Shown piece after piece: positions 14,699 to 23,743 of a stretch of DNA of 32,000 nt. A program made the translations under genes and the position numbers. Position 1 is the stretch's first letter. Every line of letters begins with the position of its first letter. Origin of the DNA: Candidatus Velamenicoccus archaeovorus (GTDB taxonomy: Bacteria > Omnitrophota > Gorgyraeia > Velamenicoccales > Velamenicoccaceae); the NCBI RefSeq assembly GCF_004102945.1, contig NZ_CP019384.1, positions 990,001 through 1,022,000 of the forward strand. Direction: 5' to 3'. The notes beneath the pieces are model-generated. The model did not search any database. It worked only from the letters and a program-made list of their open reading frames with translations, and was not told the DNA's origin.

Positions 14699-15550
14699 CT
14701 ATTGCCTGTTCAGCACCAATGTGGATTCCCTCTTGACCAATTTTGTCGGAAGCACGACCTTGACCGGCTGTTTTTCCCGCTCTGCCACGATCTGGTTCAA
14801 TTTCTCCAAGGCCAGTCTTCCCATCTCGACGATCGGCTGAGATACGGTCGTCAGGCGCACCTGGCTATAGCCCGCGACGGGATTGTCGTCAAACCCCACC
14901 AACGACAGGTCCCAAGGAATACGCATGCCTTCGGCGCGCGCCTCGTCAATGACCTCCAGCGCCATGACATCGCTGGCGGCAAAGATAGCGGTGGGTTTGT
15001 CTTCGAGATTCAACAACACCCGCGCGGCCGCCCGGGCCGGCGTCCGAAGGAAAAAACCCTCCTGGATATACTGGCGCGGGATAGCCAAACCGTACTTGGC
15101 CATGGCCTGCCGGTACCCTTCCAGGCGAGCCTCGCCCGCCTGCGTATTCAAATCGCCGGCGATCGTCGCAATCTTGGTATGCCCGAGCTTGACGAGATAC
15201 TCAACCACATCCATCGCCGCCTTGCGGTTATCGATGGCGATACAGTTGATGTCCTCGCTGAAATAATTATTCATGACAATACAAGGAATGCCGGATTTCA
15301 TGAATTCCAAAAGCTTTTTCTTGTCGCCGTCGATATCCGCAAAGATAACGCCCTTGACGTATCCGGCGCGGATGGATTCGCTGGTGGTCCAGTCGGCGTG
15401 CTTATGGCGTTCCGTGATATGGATAAGGATGTCCGCTTTCAGCCTGCTGGCCGCCGCCGTGACCCCTTTGATGACCTCGGAGGCAAAAAAGGAATGAAAA
15501 ACATCTTCGAATCTGGGAATGACCAAAGTATAAAATTTTGAGTCTGCCAT
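14699..15550 (-). CDS. LacI/GalR-type periplasmic-binding-fold ligand-binding domain protein lacking the N-terminal HTH
   Basis: 283 aa. AIFAASDVMALEVIDEARAEGMRIPWDLSLVGFDD and TTVSQP are classic LacI-family core-domain motifs. The protein begins at the first core strand (FYTLVIP). The ATG directly follows the sigma gene TAA (TAAATG) and has an AAGGAGG SD, so there is no room for a DNA-binding domain. Confidence 0.85.
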   Translation of the reverse strand: MADSKFYTLVIPRFEDVFHSFFASEVIKGVTAAASRLKADILIHITERHKHADWTTSESIRAGYVKGVIFADIDGDKKKLLEFMKSGIPCIVMNNYFSEDINCIAIDNRKAAMDVVEYLVKLGHTKIATIAGDLNTQAGEARLEGYRQAMAKYGLAIPRQYIQEGFFLRTPARAAARVLLNLEDKPTAIFAASDVMALEVIDEARAEGMRIPWDLSLVGFDDNPVAGYSQVRLTTVSQPIVEMGRLALEKLNQIVAEREKQPVKVVLPTKLVKRESTLVLNRQ

Positions 15551-16369
15551 TTAAAGCCTGGCCTCCTTGTCCTGTTCGACGACAAACTTCTTGAGCTTCT
15601 TCAGGGCGTTCTCTTCGATCTGGCGCACACGTTCACGCGAAACGCCGAGCTTGCGGGACACGTCGGCCAGCGTATAGATCTTGCCGTCCTTGAGCCCGAA
15701 CCTTAAATCCAGGACATCGCGCTCGCGCTCATTGACGATGCCCAGAAGACCGCTCAGACGCTCCTTATTGAAGAACTGGTCGATTTCCTTTTCCGGCGTC
15801 GCCGTCGTCTTGTCTTCGATCAGATCAATGATCTCGTTGCCGCCTTCTTCATCGATGGGGGCATCCAGGGACGACGTCTTGTTGATGTAACCTCGTATCT
15901 TGGAAATTTTGTCGGACGTCATGCGCATGGAACGCGCGATCTCGGAATCCGTCGGCACGCGCCTGAGCTTTCCCATCAGCCGTTCATTCGTCTTTTTATA
16001 TTTGGACAAAAGCTCGTTGACATAGACGGGAATGCGGATCGTGCGGGACTGGTCGAAGACGGACCGCGTGATGCTTTGCTTGATCCACCAGGCGGCATAG
16101 GTTGAAAAACGGAATCCCTTGCTGGGATTGAATTTTTCAACCGCTTTCATGAGACCGACATTGCCCTCCTCTATCAGGTCCATGAGGGGAATGCCCAGAT
16201 ACATGTATTTTTTGGCGATGTTAATGACAAGGCGCAGATTGGCGCGGATCATATGGTCCCGCGACTTCTTGTCTCCGCGCTGGGCTTTTTTCGACAGCTC
16301 TACTTCCTCTTTTGCCGTCAGCAAAGGGATCTTGCGCACTTCTTTGATATAGGATTTTATATTTTCCAT
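15551..16369 (-). CDS. RNA polymerase sigma factor, sigma-70 family (group 1/2-like, no region 1.1)
   Basis: 272 aa. Region 1.2 YIKEVRKIPLLTAKEE. Region 2 DLIEEGNVGLMKAVEKFNPSKGFRFSTYAAWWIKQSITRSV. Region 4.2 YTLADVSRKLGVSRERVRQIEENALKKLK. Confidence 0.93.
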   Translation of the reverse strand: MENIKSYIKEVRKIPLLTAKEEVELSKKAQRGDKKSRDHMIRANLRLVINIAKKYMYLGIPLMDLIEEGNVGLMKAVEKFNPSKGFRFSTYAAWWIKQSITRSVFDQSRTIRIPVYVNELLSKYKKTNERLMGKLRRVPTDSEIARSMRMTSDKISKIRGYINKTSSLDAPIDEEGGNEIIDLIEDKTTATPEKEIDQFFNKERLSGLLGIVNERERDVLDLRFGLKDGKIYTLADVSRKLGVSRERVRQIEENALKKLKKFVVEQDKEARL

Positions 16370-16385
16370 AAAAAAGCAGTGTCAG

Positions 16386-16456
16386 AGAGTCAAGGTATCA
16401 AAGTGTCATAGTGCAGAATTCTTTTGCATTCTTTAACACTCTGATACCCTGACTCT
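16386..16456 (-). other. Long RNA hairpin (21-bp stem) between the ppdK stop and the sigma-factor start
   Basis: Arms at 16386..16406 and 16436..16456. In the minus-strand transcript all 21 positions pair (19 Watson-Crick plus 2 G-U). In a plus-strand transcript those two positions would be C-A mismatches. There is an inner 5-bp stem, and UUUUUU directly precedes the sigma ATG. Confidence 0.7.
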
Positions 16457-16467
16457 TTGATAGTTAT

Positions 16468-19224
16468 CTATTTCTTTTTTCCCTTTTTGGCTGTCTTGTT
16501 CGCGAGCACCGCCCGGGCCGCCGCCAGACGCGCGATCGGCACGCGGAACGGCGAGCACGAGACGTAGTTCATCCCTGCGCGGTAACAGAAGCCGATCGAG
16601 CGCGGATCGCCGCCGTGTTCGCCGCAGATGCCGACTTTGAGCTTTTTGTTCGTCTTGCGGCCACGGTTGATTCCGGTCGCAATCAGCTCACCGACGCCTT
16701 CCTGGTCGATCGTCTGGAACGGATCATCTGCCAGAATCCCCTTCTTAAGATACTCCGGCAGAAATGCTCCAATGTCGTCGCGCGAAAACCCGAAGGTCAT
16801 CTGCGTCAGGTCATTGGTCCCGAAGGAGAAGAACGAAGCGACCTCGGCGATCTTGTCGGCCACGAGCGCGGCGCGCGGGATCTCGATCATCGTGCCGAAC
16901 ATATGGTCGATCTTCTTCAAACCGAACTTGTTCAATACTTCCGCATAGACTTTCTTGGCGATATCCAACTGGTCCGTCAATTCCTTGACGGTGCAGACAA
17001 CGGGGATCATAATCTCCGGAAAGACCTTCTTGCCTGCTTTCAGGAGCTCGGCCGCCGCTTCCAGGATAGCGCGAAATTGCATTTCGCTCACTTCTGGATA
17101 AGTAACCCCCAGGCGGACACCGCGATGTCCCATCATCGGATTGGATTCTGCCAGACTGTCCGACCTCTTCTCCAGCTCTTCCATGGAAATATTCAAGCTG
17201 CCGGCCAGTGTTTCACGCGCCTGCTGTTGATGCGGGACGAATTCATGCAACGGAGGATCCAAAAGGCGGATCGTCACCGGCAGGCCTTCCATCGCCTCCA
17301 GCGTCGCCTTGATGTCGCTCTTGACGTGCCCAAAAAGCTCGCCGACAGCCTTCTGCCTCTCCTCCAGACTTGACGACATGATCATCTTGCGCAGCTTGAA
17401 AAGAGGTTCTTCGGAACCCTTGCCGTAAAACATATGTTCCGTCCTGAACAACCCGATGCCCTCGGCCCCAAACTGCCTGGCTTTCCTGGCGTCCTCGGGC
17501 GTATCGGCATTGGTGCGGATATTCAACGTCCGGATGCCGTCGCAGATCTTCAGGAATTCATTAAGGATCTCGTTTTCGGACGAGGCATCCATCATCTTCA
17601 GCTGTCCCTTGTAGACAAGCCCCTTGGTGCCGTTAAGCGTGATCCATTCGCCTTCGTGCAGGGCCCCTGCGCCTTCAATCTCCACCTCTTTTTTCGACAG
17701 GTCGATCTCCAAGGCGGAGCAACCCACGACGCAGCACTTGCCCCAACCGCGGGCCACAAGGGCCGCGTGGGACGTCATGCCCCCTCTGGCCGTCAGGATG
17801 GCTTCTGCGGCGCGCATCCCGTCGATATCCTCGGGATTCGTCTCTTCACGCACAAGAATGACCTTCTTGCCTTCTTTGGACAAACGGATCGCGTCTGCCG
17901 ACGTGAAAACGATCATGCCGCAAGCGGCGCCAGGCCCGGCTGGAAGCCCTTTGGCCATGGGCTTGTTCGCCTTTTCTTCGGCAGGATTGATGATCGGATG
18001 CAAGAGCTCATCCAGCTGCTCCGGCGTCACACGGCTGACTGCCGTCGTCTTATCGATAAGCTTCTCTTTCACCATGTCGGTCGCGATCTTGACGGCAGCC
18101 GGACCGTTTCTCTTGCCGATACGGCACTGAAGCATAAACAATCTGCCCTTCTCGATCGTGAACTCGATATCCTGCATATCATGGTAATGTTTCTCCAGGC
18201 GTTTCTGAATATCGAAAAGCTCCTTATAGACCTTGGGCATTTTACGCTCCAGGGTCTCCAGGTCTTTGTTATGCTCACTCTGCGAATACTGGTTGATGGG
18301 CGCCGGCGTCCGGATACCTGCGACGACATCCTCGCCCTGCGCGTTGACCAGATACTCCCCGTAAAATGCCGCATCACCGTTGCCGGGATTGCGCGTGAAG
18401 GCTACGCCTGTCGCCGAATCATTGCCCATATTCCCGAAAACCATAGTCTGGACGTTGACGGCCGTTCCCCATTCATGCGGGATATGCTCGATGTTCCTGT
18501 AAGCGACCGCACGCTTGCCGTTCCATGAAGAGAAGACGGCGCCGATACCGCCCCACAACTGGGCCATGGGGTCGTCGGGAAACTCCTGTCCCAGGACCTC
18601 TCTGATCTTCTTCTTAAATTCCGCGCAAAGATATTTCAGATCCTCGACGTTCAGGTCGACATCGTTCTTGACGCCTCTCTCTTTTTTGCGGGCGTCCATG
18701 ATACGTTCCAGTTGCCGGCGGATCCCCATCTCATCCTTGGGTTCGATGCCCGCCGCCTTTTCCATGACGACGTCGGAATACATCATCATCAACCTGCGGT
18801 AAGCATCGTAGACAAAACGCTGATTGCCGCCGGATTGCTTGATTAAACCTGGGATCGTCTTTTCGGTCAAGCCAACGTTTAAGACCGTCTCCATCATGCC
18901 CGGCATCGACTTCCTAGCGCCGGAACGCACGGAGACCAACAGGGGATCCGAAGGGTCGCCGAAAGACTTGCCCATGATCGCCTCGACCTTTTTCAAAGCC
19001 TTGGCCACCTCTTCTTTCAGCCCTGCGGGATATTTTTTCTTGTTCTGGTAATAATAGGTACAAACTTCGGTCGTGATCGTAAAACCGGGAGGCACGGGCA
19101 ATCTCAGCGACGGATGACCCGCCATCTCCGCCAGGTTGGCGCCTTTGCCGCCCAGCAGGTTCTTCATGCTTTCATTTCCGTCTGCCTTGCCGCCTCCAAA
19201 AAAATACACGTTCTTCTTGCTCAT
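16468..19224 (-). CDS. ppdK: Pyruvate, phosphate dikinase
   Basis: 918 aa from ATG 19224 (SD AAAGGAG). N-terminal VYFFGGGKADGNESMKNLLGGKGANLAEM. Phospho-His region TARGGMTSHAALVARGWGKCCVVG. C-terminal PEP-utilising region GICGEHGGDPRSI. Size and order are typical of PPDK. Confidence 0.96.
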   Translation of the reverse strand: MSKKNVYFFGGGKADGNESMKNLLGGKGANLAEMAGHPSLRLPVPPGFTITTEVCTYYYQNKKKYPAGLKEEVAKALKKVEAIMGKSFGDPSDPLLVSVRSGARKSMPGMMETVLNVGLTEKTIPGLIKQSGGNQRFVYDAYRRLMMMYSDVVMEKAAGIEPKDEMGIRRQLERIMDARKKERGVKNDVDLNVEDLKYLCAEFKKKIREVLGQEFPDDPMAQLWGGIGAVFSSWNGKRAVAYRNIEHIPHEWGTAVNVQTMVFGNMGNDSATGVAFTRNPGNGDAAFYGEYLVNAQGEDVVAGIRTPAPINQYSQSEHNKDLETLERKMPKVYKELFDIQKRLEKHYHDMQDIEFTIEKGRLFMLQCRIGKRNGPAAVKIATDMVKEKLIDKTTAVSRVTPEQLDELLHPIINPAEEKANKPMAKGLPAGPGAACGMIVFTSADAIRLSKEGKKVILVREETNPEDIDGMRAAEAILTARGGMTSHAALVARGWGKCCVVGCSALEIDLSKKEVEIEGAGALHEGEWITLNGTKGLVYKGQLKMMDASSENEILNEFLKICDGIRTLNIRTNADTPEDARKARQFGAEGIGLFRTEHMFYGKGSEEPLFKLRKMIMSSSLEERQKAVGELFGHVKSDIKATLEAMEGLPVTIRLLDPPLHEFVPHQQQARETLAGSLNISMEELEKRSDSLAESNPMMGHRGVRLGVTYPEVSEMQFRAILEAAAELLKAGKKVFPEIMIPVVCTVKELTDQLDIAKKVYAEVLNKFGLKKIDHMFGTMIEIPRAALVADKIAEVASFFSFGTNDLTQMTFGFSRDDIGAFLPEYLKKGILADDPFQTIDQEGVGELIATGINRGRKTNKKLKVGICGEHGGDPRSIGFCYRAGMNYVSCSPFRVPIARLAAARAVLANKTAKKGKKK

Positions 19225-19293
19225 CTGCCTTACCGCTCCTTTCGAATGCGCCACGCGCGTGGAACCGATTCCCCATACGCACATGCGGGGCTA

Positions 19294-20847
19294 TTATTTT
19301 AATCTCTCCAGCAAATATGTTTTGAGTTGCGAAATCTCGACGCGCTCCTGTTGCATCGTATCGCGGTCGCGCACGGTGACCTTTTTGTCTTCCAGAGATT
19401 GCACATCGACCGTCACGCAATAAAGCGTGCCCACCTCGTCCTGCCGGCGATAGAGTTTACCAATGGCCCCCGTGTCGTCGTAGACCGCCACCATATCTTT
19501 CTTGAGGTCATGGCTCAATTCTTTTGCCAACCCCACGATCTCAGGCCTGTTGCGCAATAACGGCAACACGGCCACCTTGACCGGCGCCAAAGCCTTGGAA
19601 AACCTCAATACAACACGTTTCTCGTCTCTGACGATATCTTCGTGATAAGCATCCACCAGGAAGGCCAGGATACTGCGGTCCACTCCTCCGGAAGGCTCGA
19701 TGATATAGGGATAAAAACGCTGTTTGCTGGCATCGTCATAATACGTCATATCTTTACCGCTGAACGAGGCGTGCTGTTTTAAATCAAAATCAGCACGATT
19801 GGCAACGCCCTCAAGCTCCGACCAGCCGAACGGAAACTCGTATTCGATGTCCGAACACGCCTTGGCGTAATGAGCCAGTTCGCCTTTGTCGTGCGGCCGT
19901 ATCCGTAAATTGTCTTTGTTGATCCCCAGATCGATGTACCACTGGTAGCGCGCCTCGATCCACTCTTTGAGCTTCGCATCGGATTCTTCCGGACGGACAA
20001 AGTACTCGATCTCCATCTGTTCGAACTCCCTGGTCCTGAAAATAAAATTCCCAGGGGTGATTTCGTTGCGGAAGGACTTGCCGATCTGGGCTAGGCCAAA
20101 CGGAAGCTTCGGATGGCGGGAATCCAGGATATTGGTAAAATTCACAAACATCCCCTGGGCGGTCTCGGGCCGGAAGTATACTTTCTGGGCCGTCTCCCTG
20201 ACGGGACCAAAATATGTCTCCAACATGAGATTCGCCGGCATGGAATTTTCAGGAAGGATTCCTCCGCACGACGGACAGGGAATCCTGGAAACCCCGTCGG
20301 CGGAAGCCGCGATGCGTCCCATAAAATTCTTGAAATCCAGATTTACGCCGGCAAACTTATGATGCAATTCCGCAATCCAGGAAATCGTAACGGCAGGCTC
20401 TTTGACCAGGCTCAGGTTGGGGGCCAGGTCTTTGCCTTTTGACTTGGCCCATTTGATCAGGACGGCCGTATCTTTCGCTCCTTCCATGGTCTCCACGAGA
20501 GAGCGACACCAATCGCTGTTCCAAATTTCATCCCAGATCTTATCAAACTTGAAAAAGTTGGAACAGGCAGGGCACTTCACAAAGGGATCGGCAAAGCTCT
20601 GAAGATGTCCGGAGGCTTCCCACGTTTTCGGGTTCATGAGGATGGCGGCATCCATCCCGTAAATGTCGTCTCGCTGGTGAACGTTCGACGTCCACCAGGC
20701 ACGCTTGAGATTATTCTTGAGCTCGACCCCGAAAGGGCCGTAATCCCAGGTATTCGCCAGGCCGCCGTAGATCTCCGAGCTCTGAAAGATAAACCCTCTG
20801 CGCTTAGAGAGAGAAACAATCTTGTCCATTAAGGATGCATCTGCCAT
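19294..20847 (-). CDS. glyQS: Glycine--tRNA ligase (homodimeric class II type)
   Basis: 517 aa. RRGFIFQSSEIYGGLANTWDYGPFGVELKNN, FRNEITPGNFIFRTREFEQMEIEYF (motif 2) and IEPSGGVDRSILAFL (motif 3). The start could also be the second Met (20829). Confidence 0.93.
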   Translation of the reverse strand: MADASLMDKIVSLSKRRGFIFQSSEIYGGLANTWDYGPFGVELKNNLKRAWWTSNVHQRDDIYGMDAAILMNPKTWEASGHLQSFADPFVKCPACSNFFKFDKIWDEIWNSDWCRSLVETMEGAKDTAVLIKWAKSKGKDLAPNLSLVKEPAVTISWIAELHHKFAGVNLDFKNFMGRIAASADGVSRIPCPSCGGILPENSMPANLMLETYFGPVRETAQKVYFRPETAQGMFVNFTNILDSRHPKLPFGLAQIGKSFRNEITPGNFIFRTREFEQMEIEYFVRPEESDAKLKEWIEARYQWYIDLGINKDNLRIRPHDKGELAHYAKACSDIEYEFPFGWSELEGVANRADFDLKQHASFSGKDMTYYDDASKQRFYPYIIEPSGGVDRSILAFLVDAYHEDIVRDEKRVVLRFSKALAPVKVAVLPLLRNRPEIVGLAKELSHDLKKDMVAVYDDTGAIGKLYRRQDEVGTLYCVTVDVQSLEDKKVTVRDRDTMQQERVEISQLKTYLLERLK

Positions 20848-20938
20848 GGAATAAACGTATTTAAAAAGAGGTGCGTCTTTGGGGCTTTCATGCCTTGCGG
20901 CACGCCTGCCTACAACGGCGGCAGTCAGGAAGATACTA

Positions 20939-20967
20939 TTTTTACTCTAAAAACAAGGCCGTGTCAA
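20939..20967 (-). promoter_or_regulatory. Candidate sigma-70 promoter for glyQS
   Basis: Minus strand: consensus TTGACA (20967..20962), 17-nt spacer, TAAAAA (20944..20939). About 90 nt upstream of the ATG. Confidence 0.45.
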
Positions 20968-21034
20968 GTTAAAACAGTCCGCGCGAGAATAAAATTTCAC
21001 ACAAAGAAGCCCTTGAAAGGCTCATATATGTCTT

Positions 21035-21889
21035 CTAAGCGCCTCCGTCATCTTCTGCGCGGCGAATATTCTTAAATTCTTCCTCTTTGATCTTGAAAAT
21101 ATGCTCGTCAGCCGGGAATTTCCCATCCCGGACTTCATCCTTAAAGACCTCAAAGGCCTTGATCATGTCCTGGTTCATCCGGGCATACGCCTTGACGAAC
21201 CTCGGCTTGTAGCGCTCAAAGAGACCAAGCATGTCGTGCGTCACGAGGACTTGACCGTCGCAAGAGGGACCTGCGCCGATGCCGATGGTCGGCACCGAAA
21301 GGGTTTCCGTGACCAGGCGCGCCACCCGATCGGGGACGCATTCCAAAAGAACGGCAAAACATCCAACTTTTTCAAAATCCAGGGCCTGACGGATGAGGGC
21401 GCGCGCCGCTGAAGCATCCTTACCCTGCACCTTGAAACCGCCCAGCTTGTCGGCGGTCTGCGGCGTCAAACCCACATGCCCCATGACAGGGATCCCTGAC
21501 CGGATCACCGATTCTGCGGCCTCAAGAGCGCAGTCAAACCACTCAAGCTTGACGGCGTCACAGCCGGCTTCATGGACGAAACGCGCCGCGTTCCCCGCAC
21601 TCCTGGCGGCATCTTTTTGATATGCCTCAAAAGGCATATCTCCGATCACAAACGTATGCGGCGCTCCCCGTCTGACCGCGCAGGCATGATAGATCATCTG
21701 GTCCATGGTCATGTCTTTGGTGGACTCAAGACCCAAGACCACGTTGGCAACGGAATCGCCGACAAGGATCATGTCGATACCGGCGGATTCAATGGCATGG
21801 GCCATCGGATAATCGTATGCCGTCAGCATCGTTATCTTCCGCCTGCCCTTGAAACCTTGGATATCCTGAACAGTAAGTTTGCCGCTCAT
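21035..21889 (-). CDS. panB: 3-methyl-2-oxobutanoate hydroxymethyltransferase
   Basis: 284 aa. KITMLTAYDYPMAHAIESAGIDMILVGDSVANVVLG, GDMPF, VKLE and GHVGLTPQ are characteristic PanB motifs. Confidence 0.93.
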   Translation of the reverse strand: MSGKLTVQDIQGFKGRRKITMLTAYDYPMAHAIESAGIDMILVGDSVANVVLGLESTKDMTMDQMIYHACAVRRGAPHTFVIGDMPFEAYQKDAARSAGNAARFVHEAGCDAVKLEWFDCALEAAESVIRSGIPVMGHVGLTPQTADKLGGFKVQGKDASAARALIRQALDFEKVGCFAVLLECVPDRVARLVTETLSVPTIGIGAGPSCDGQVLVTHDMLGLFERYKPRFVKAYARMNQDMIKAFEVFKDEVRDGKFPADEHIFKIKEEEFKNIRRAEDDGGA

Positions 21890-22037
21890 GGTTTTTAGTT
21901 TGTAGTCTCAAATCCGGATTCGTGAATCCCATTTGCCAGAATTCCCTGCCCGCTTGGGCGGGCGAGGCTGGGCCCATGGATTGGTTTTGTCTTGCAGACA
22001 AAACCATGGCGGAGCGGGACGTCGCCCCGCGGGCGAA

Positions 22038-22913
22038 TCAAAAAGGACCACGGGCCTGCCCTTGGCCTTGAGGCCAGGCTGAGCCCGTTGGGCTCCAGTC
22101 CTCGGACAAAAAACGCTTCACGTCATCCTTGAGCCTCTCCTGGTGGATCGCAAAATGTTCATTGTGGCCGCCGGCCGTCGCCACAAAGATCTTTTTGCCG
22201 CCATAACCGTCATAAAGCACCTGGCCCATTTCAAAAGGGACGATCTCATCGTTGCGGCTGTGGATGAACATCACCGGCCCTTTCACGGCAGCCATCTTGT
22301 TTACCGCATCGTATTTGGACGCCAATAAAAATGACGGCAAGAACGGATAGATGCGCTTACTCATCTCTGTAACGGATGTAAACGGCCCGTCGAGGATCAA
22401 AGGCCCGGTCGGCAGGCGGCTGGCCAGTTCTACGGCCACAGCAGCGCCCAGGGATTCACCGTAGAGAACAATGCTCTCCGGACGGAACCGCCTGATTTTC
22501 GTCAAATAATCATAGCCCGCCCGGGCATCCGTATAAAGACCTTTTTCAGACGGCAGGCCCGTGCTCTTTCCATACCCCCTGTAGTCCAGGATGAAAACGG
22601 GATAACCCAGATCATGGAAAAAACGTATCTTCTCCAACCTGTGGCTGATATTGCCGCCGTTGCCGTGCAAAAAATAGACGATCCTCTCCTGGACGCCCGG
22701 AACATACCAGCACGACAATCTCGGGCCGTCGGGGGCGACCAAAATCACATCCTCAAAGGCCAGGCCGATCTGCGACGGACTGACCGACACATCCTTGTAC
22801 GGAACATATAAAGAACGGAATTCCAGGGCGCGCACAAATAAAAAAATAAAAACGATGCCGATAATGACGTAGAGCATGAAACGACCCGCCTTCCACGGCG
22901 CATGCCGGCGCAT
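22038..22913 (-). CDS. Alpha/beta-fold serine hydrolase with N-terminal membrane anchor
   Basis: HGNGGN oxyanion-type motif, nucleophile elbow GESLG, and a late ...GGHNE His. The start is uncertain: ATG 22913 (4 nt after the upstream stop) or ATG 22877, just before the TM helix MLYVIIGIVFIFLFV. The track start at 22955 overlaps the upstream gene. Confidence 0.8.
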   Translation of the reverse strand: MRRHAPWKAGRFMLYVIIGIVFIFLFVRALEFRSLYVPYKDVSVSPSQIGLAFEDVILVAPDGPRLSCWYVPGVQERIVYFLHGNGGNISHRLEKIRFFHDLGYPVFILDYRGYGKSTGLPSEKGLYTDARAGYDYLTKIRRFRPESIVLYGESLGAAVAVELASRLPTGPLILDGPFTSVTEMSKRIYPFLPSFLLASKYDAVNKMAAVKGPVMFIHSRNDEIVPFEMGQVLYDGYGGKKIFVATAGGHNEHFAIHQERLKDDVKRFLSEDWSPTGSAWPQGQGQARGPF

Positions 22914-22917
22914 ATGA

Positions 22918-23742
22918 TCAATGTTTTGTGCGGCGAGGAATACCCAGGAGCGCATAGATGTCCGCCCACGGCTTACGGCTCTTCAGGATGACGAGCGACA
23001 CGCGCCTGTCGTCATAATAAGCGATCCCCGCATAGCAATGTCCCGCCGTGCGCGTATACCCTGTCTTGCCCAGTACCCGCGGATTGCTGAGCCGCCAAAG
23101 GAGCTTATTGTGGTTGGCGCGCGTGATCTTTCGTCCGTCGGAACCCGTGATCGTTACGCTCTTTTGGGCCATCACATTTCTAATGAACGGGCTGCTGAGA
23201 GCTGCGCGCACCAGAATGGACATATCGTAGGCAGACGTCACCTGGGAACGGTCCGGCAGACCCGTCGCATTGGTGAAATGGGAATCTTTCATGCCGAGCG
23301 CCTTCGCCTTGCGGTTCATGAGGCCGGCGAATCCGCTTTCCGAACCGGCAACCGCCTGCGCCAACGCCACGCCAGCGTCATTGGCGGACGTCGCCAAAAG
23401 AACTTTCAGGAGGTCTTGCGTCGTGTATACGACCCCCTGACGCAATCCCGCCTTTGTCGGTTCGACATTGGCGGCCTTGGAAGAAATCTCGACGGGGTCC
23501 CGAAGGCCCTTGTTGTCCAAAACGACCAGGGCCGTCAGCAGCTTGACGGTGCTCGCCGGATAAAATTTCTTGCGATGATTCCTGGCGTAAAGAACTTTCC
23601 TATTTGTATAGTCTACGGCATAAACACCTTGCGCCGTCACCGAACTCTTTGAAGACTTCTTGGACACCGCCAGGGCCGGCGAAACCGATAGGACAACCGC
23701 CGTCACTCCCATCACTAACGCATACAGATCACGACGCCTCAT
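22918..23742 (-). CDS. Serine-type D-Ala-D-Ala carboxypeptidase (peptidase S11, PBP5/6-like)
   Basis: 274 aa. Signal peptide ...VSPALA|VS. SxxK motif ASTVK, SxN motif SAND, KTG motif GKTGYT. Confidence 0.88.
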   Translation of the reverse strand: MRRRDLYALVMGVTAVVLSVSPALAVSKKSSKSSVTAQGVYAVDYTNRKVLYARNHRKKFYPASTVKLLTALVVLDNKGLRDPVEISSKAANVEPTKAGLRQGVVYTTQDLLKVLLATSANDAGVALAQAVAGSESGFAGLMNRKAKALGMKDSHFTNATGLPDRSQVTSAYDMSILVRAALSSPFIRNVMAQKSVTITGSDGRKITRANHNKLLWRLSNPRVLGKTGYTRTAGHCYAGIAYYDDRRVSLVILKSRKPWADIYALLGIPRRTKH

Positions 23743-23743
23743 A

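Noticed and set aside
14702-15541. Plus-strand 279-aa ORF mirroring the LacI-like gene almost end to end
   Set aside because: The minus-strand frame carries unmistakable LacI-core motifs (SDVMALEVIDEARAEG...LSLVGFDD), an AAGGAGG SD and tight coupling to the sigma gene. The plus-strand product is Arg/Asp/Gly-rich with no motifs.
16615-18528. Plus-strand ORFs of 252 aa, 364 aa and 168 aa inside ppdK
   Set aside because: They are antisense shadows of a 918-aa gene with strong PPDK motifs along its whole length.
20848-21034. T-box leader upstream of glyQS
   Set aside because: The ~90-nt putative 5' UTR is too short. I could find neither the conserved T-box sequence (AAUUAGGGUGGUACCGCG-like) nor a specifier-loop/terminator arrangement, only small hairpins.
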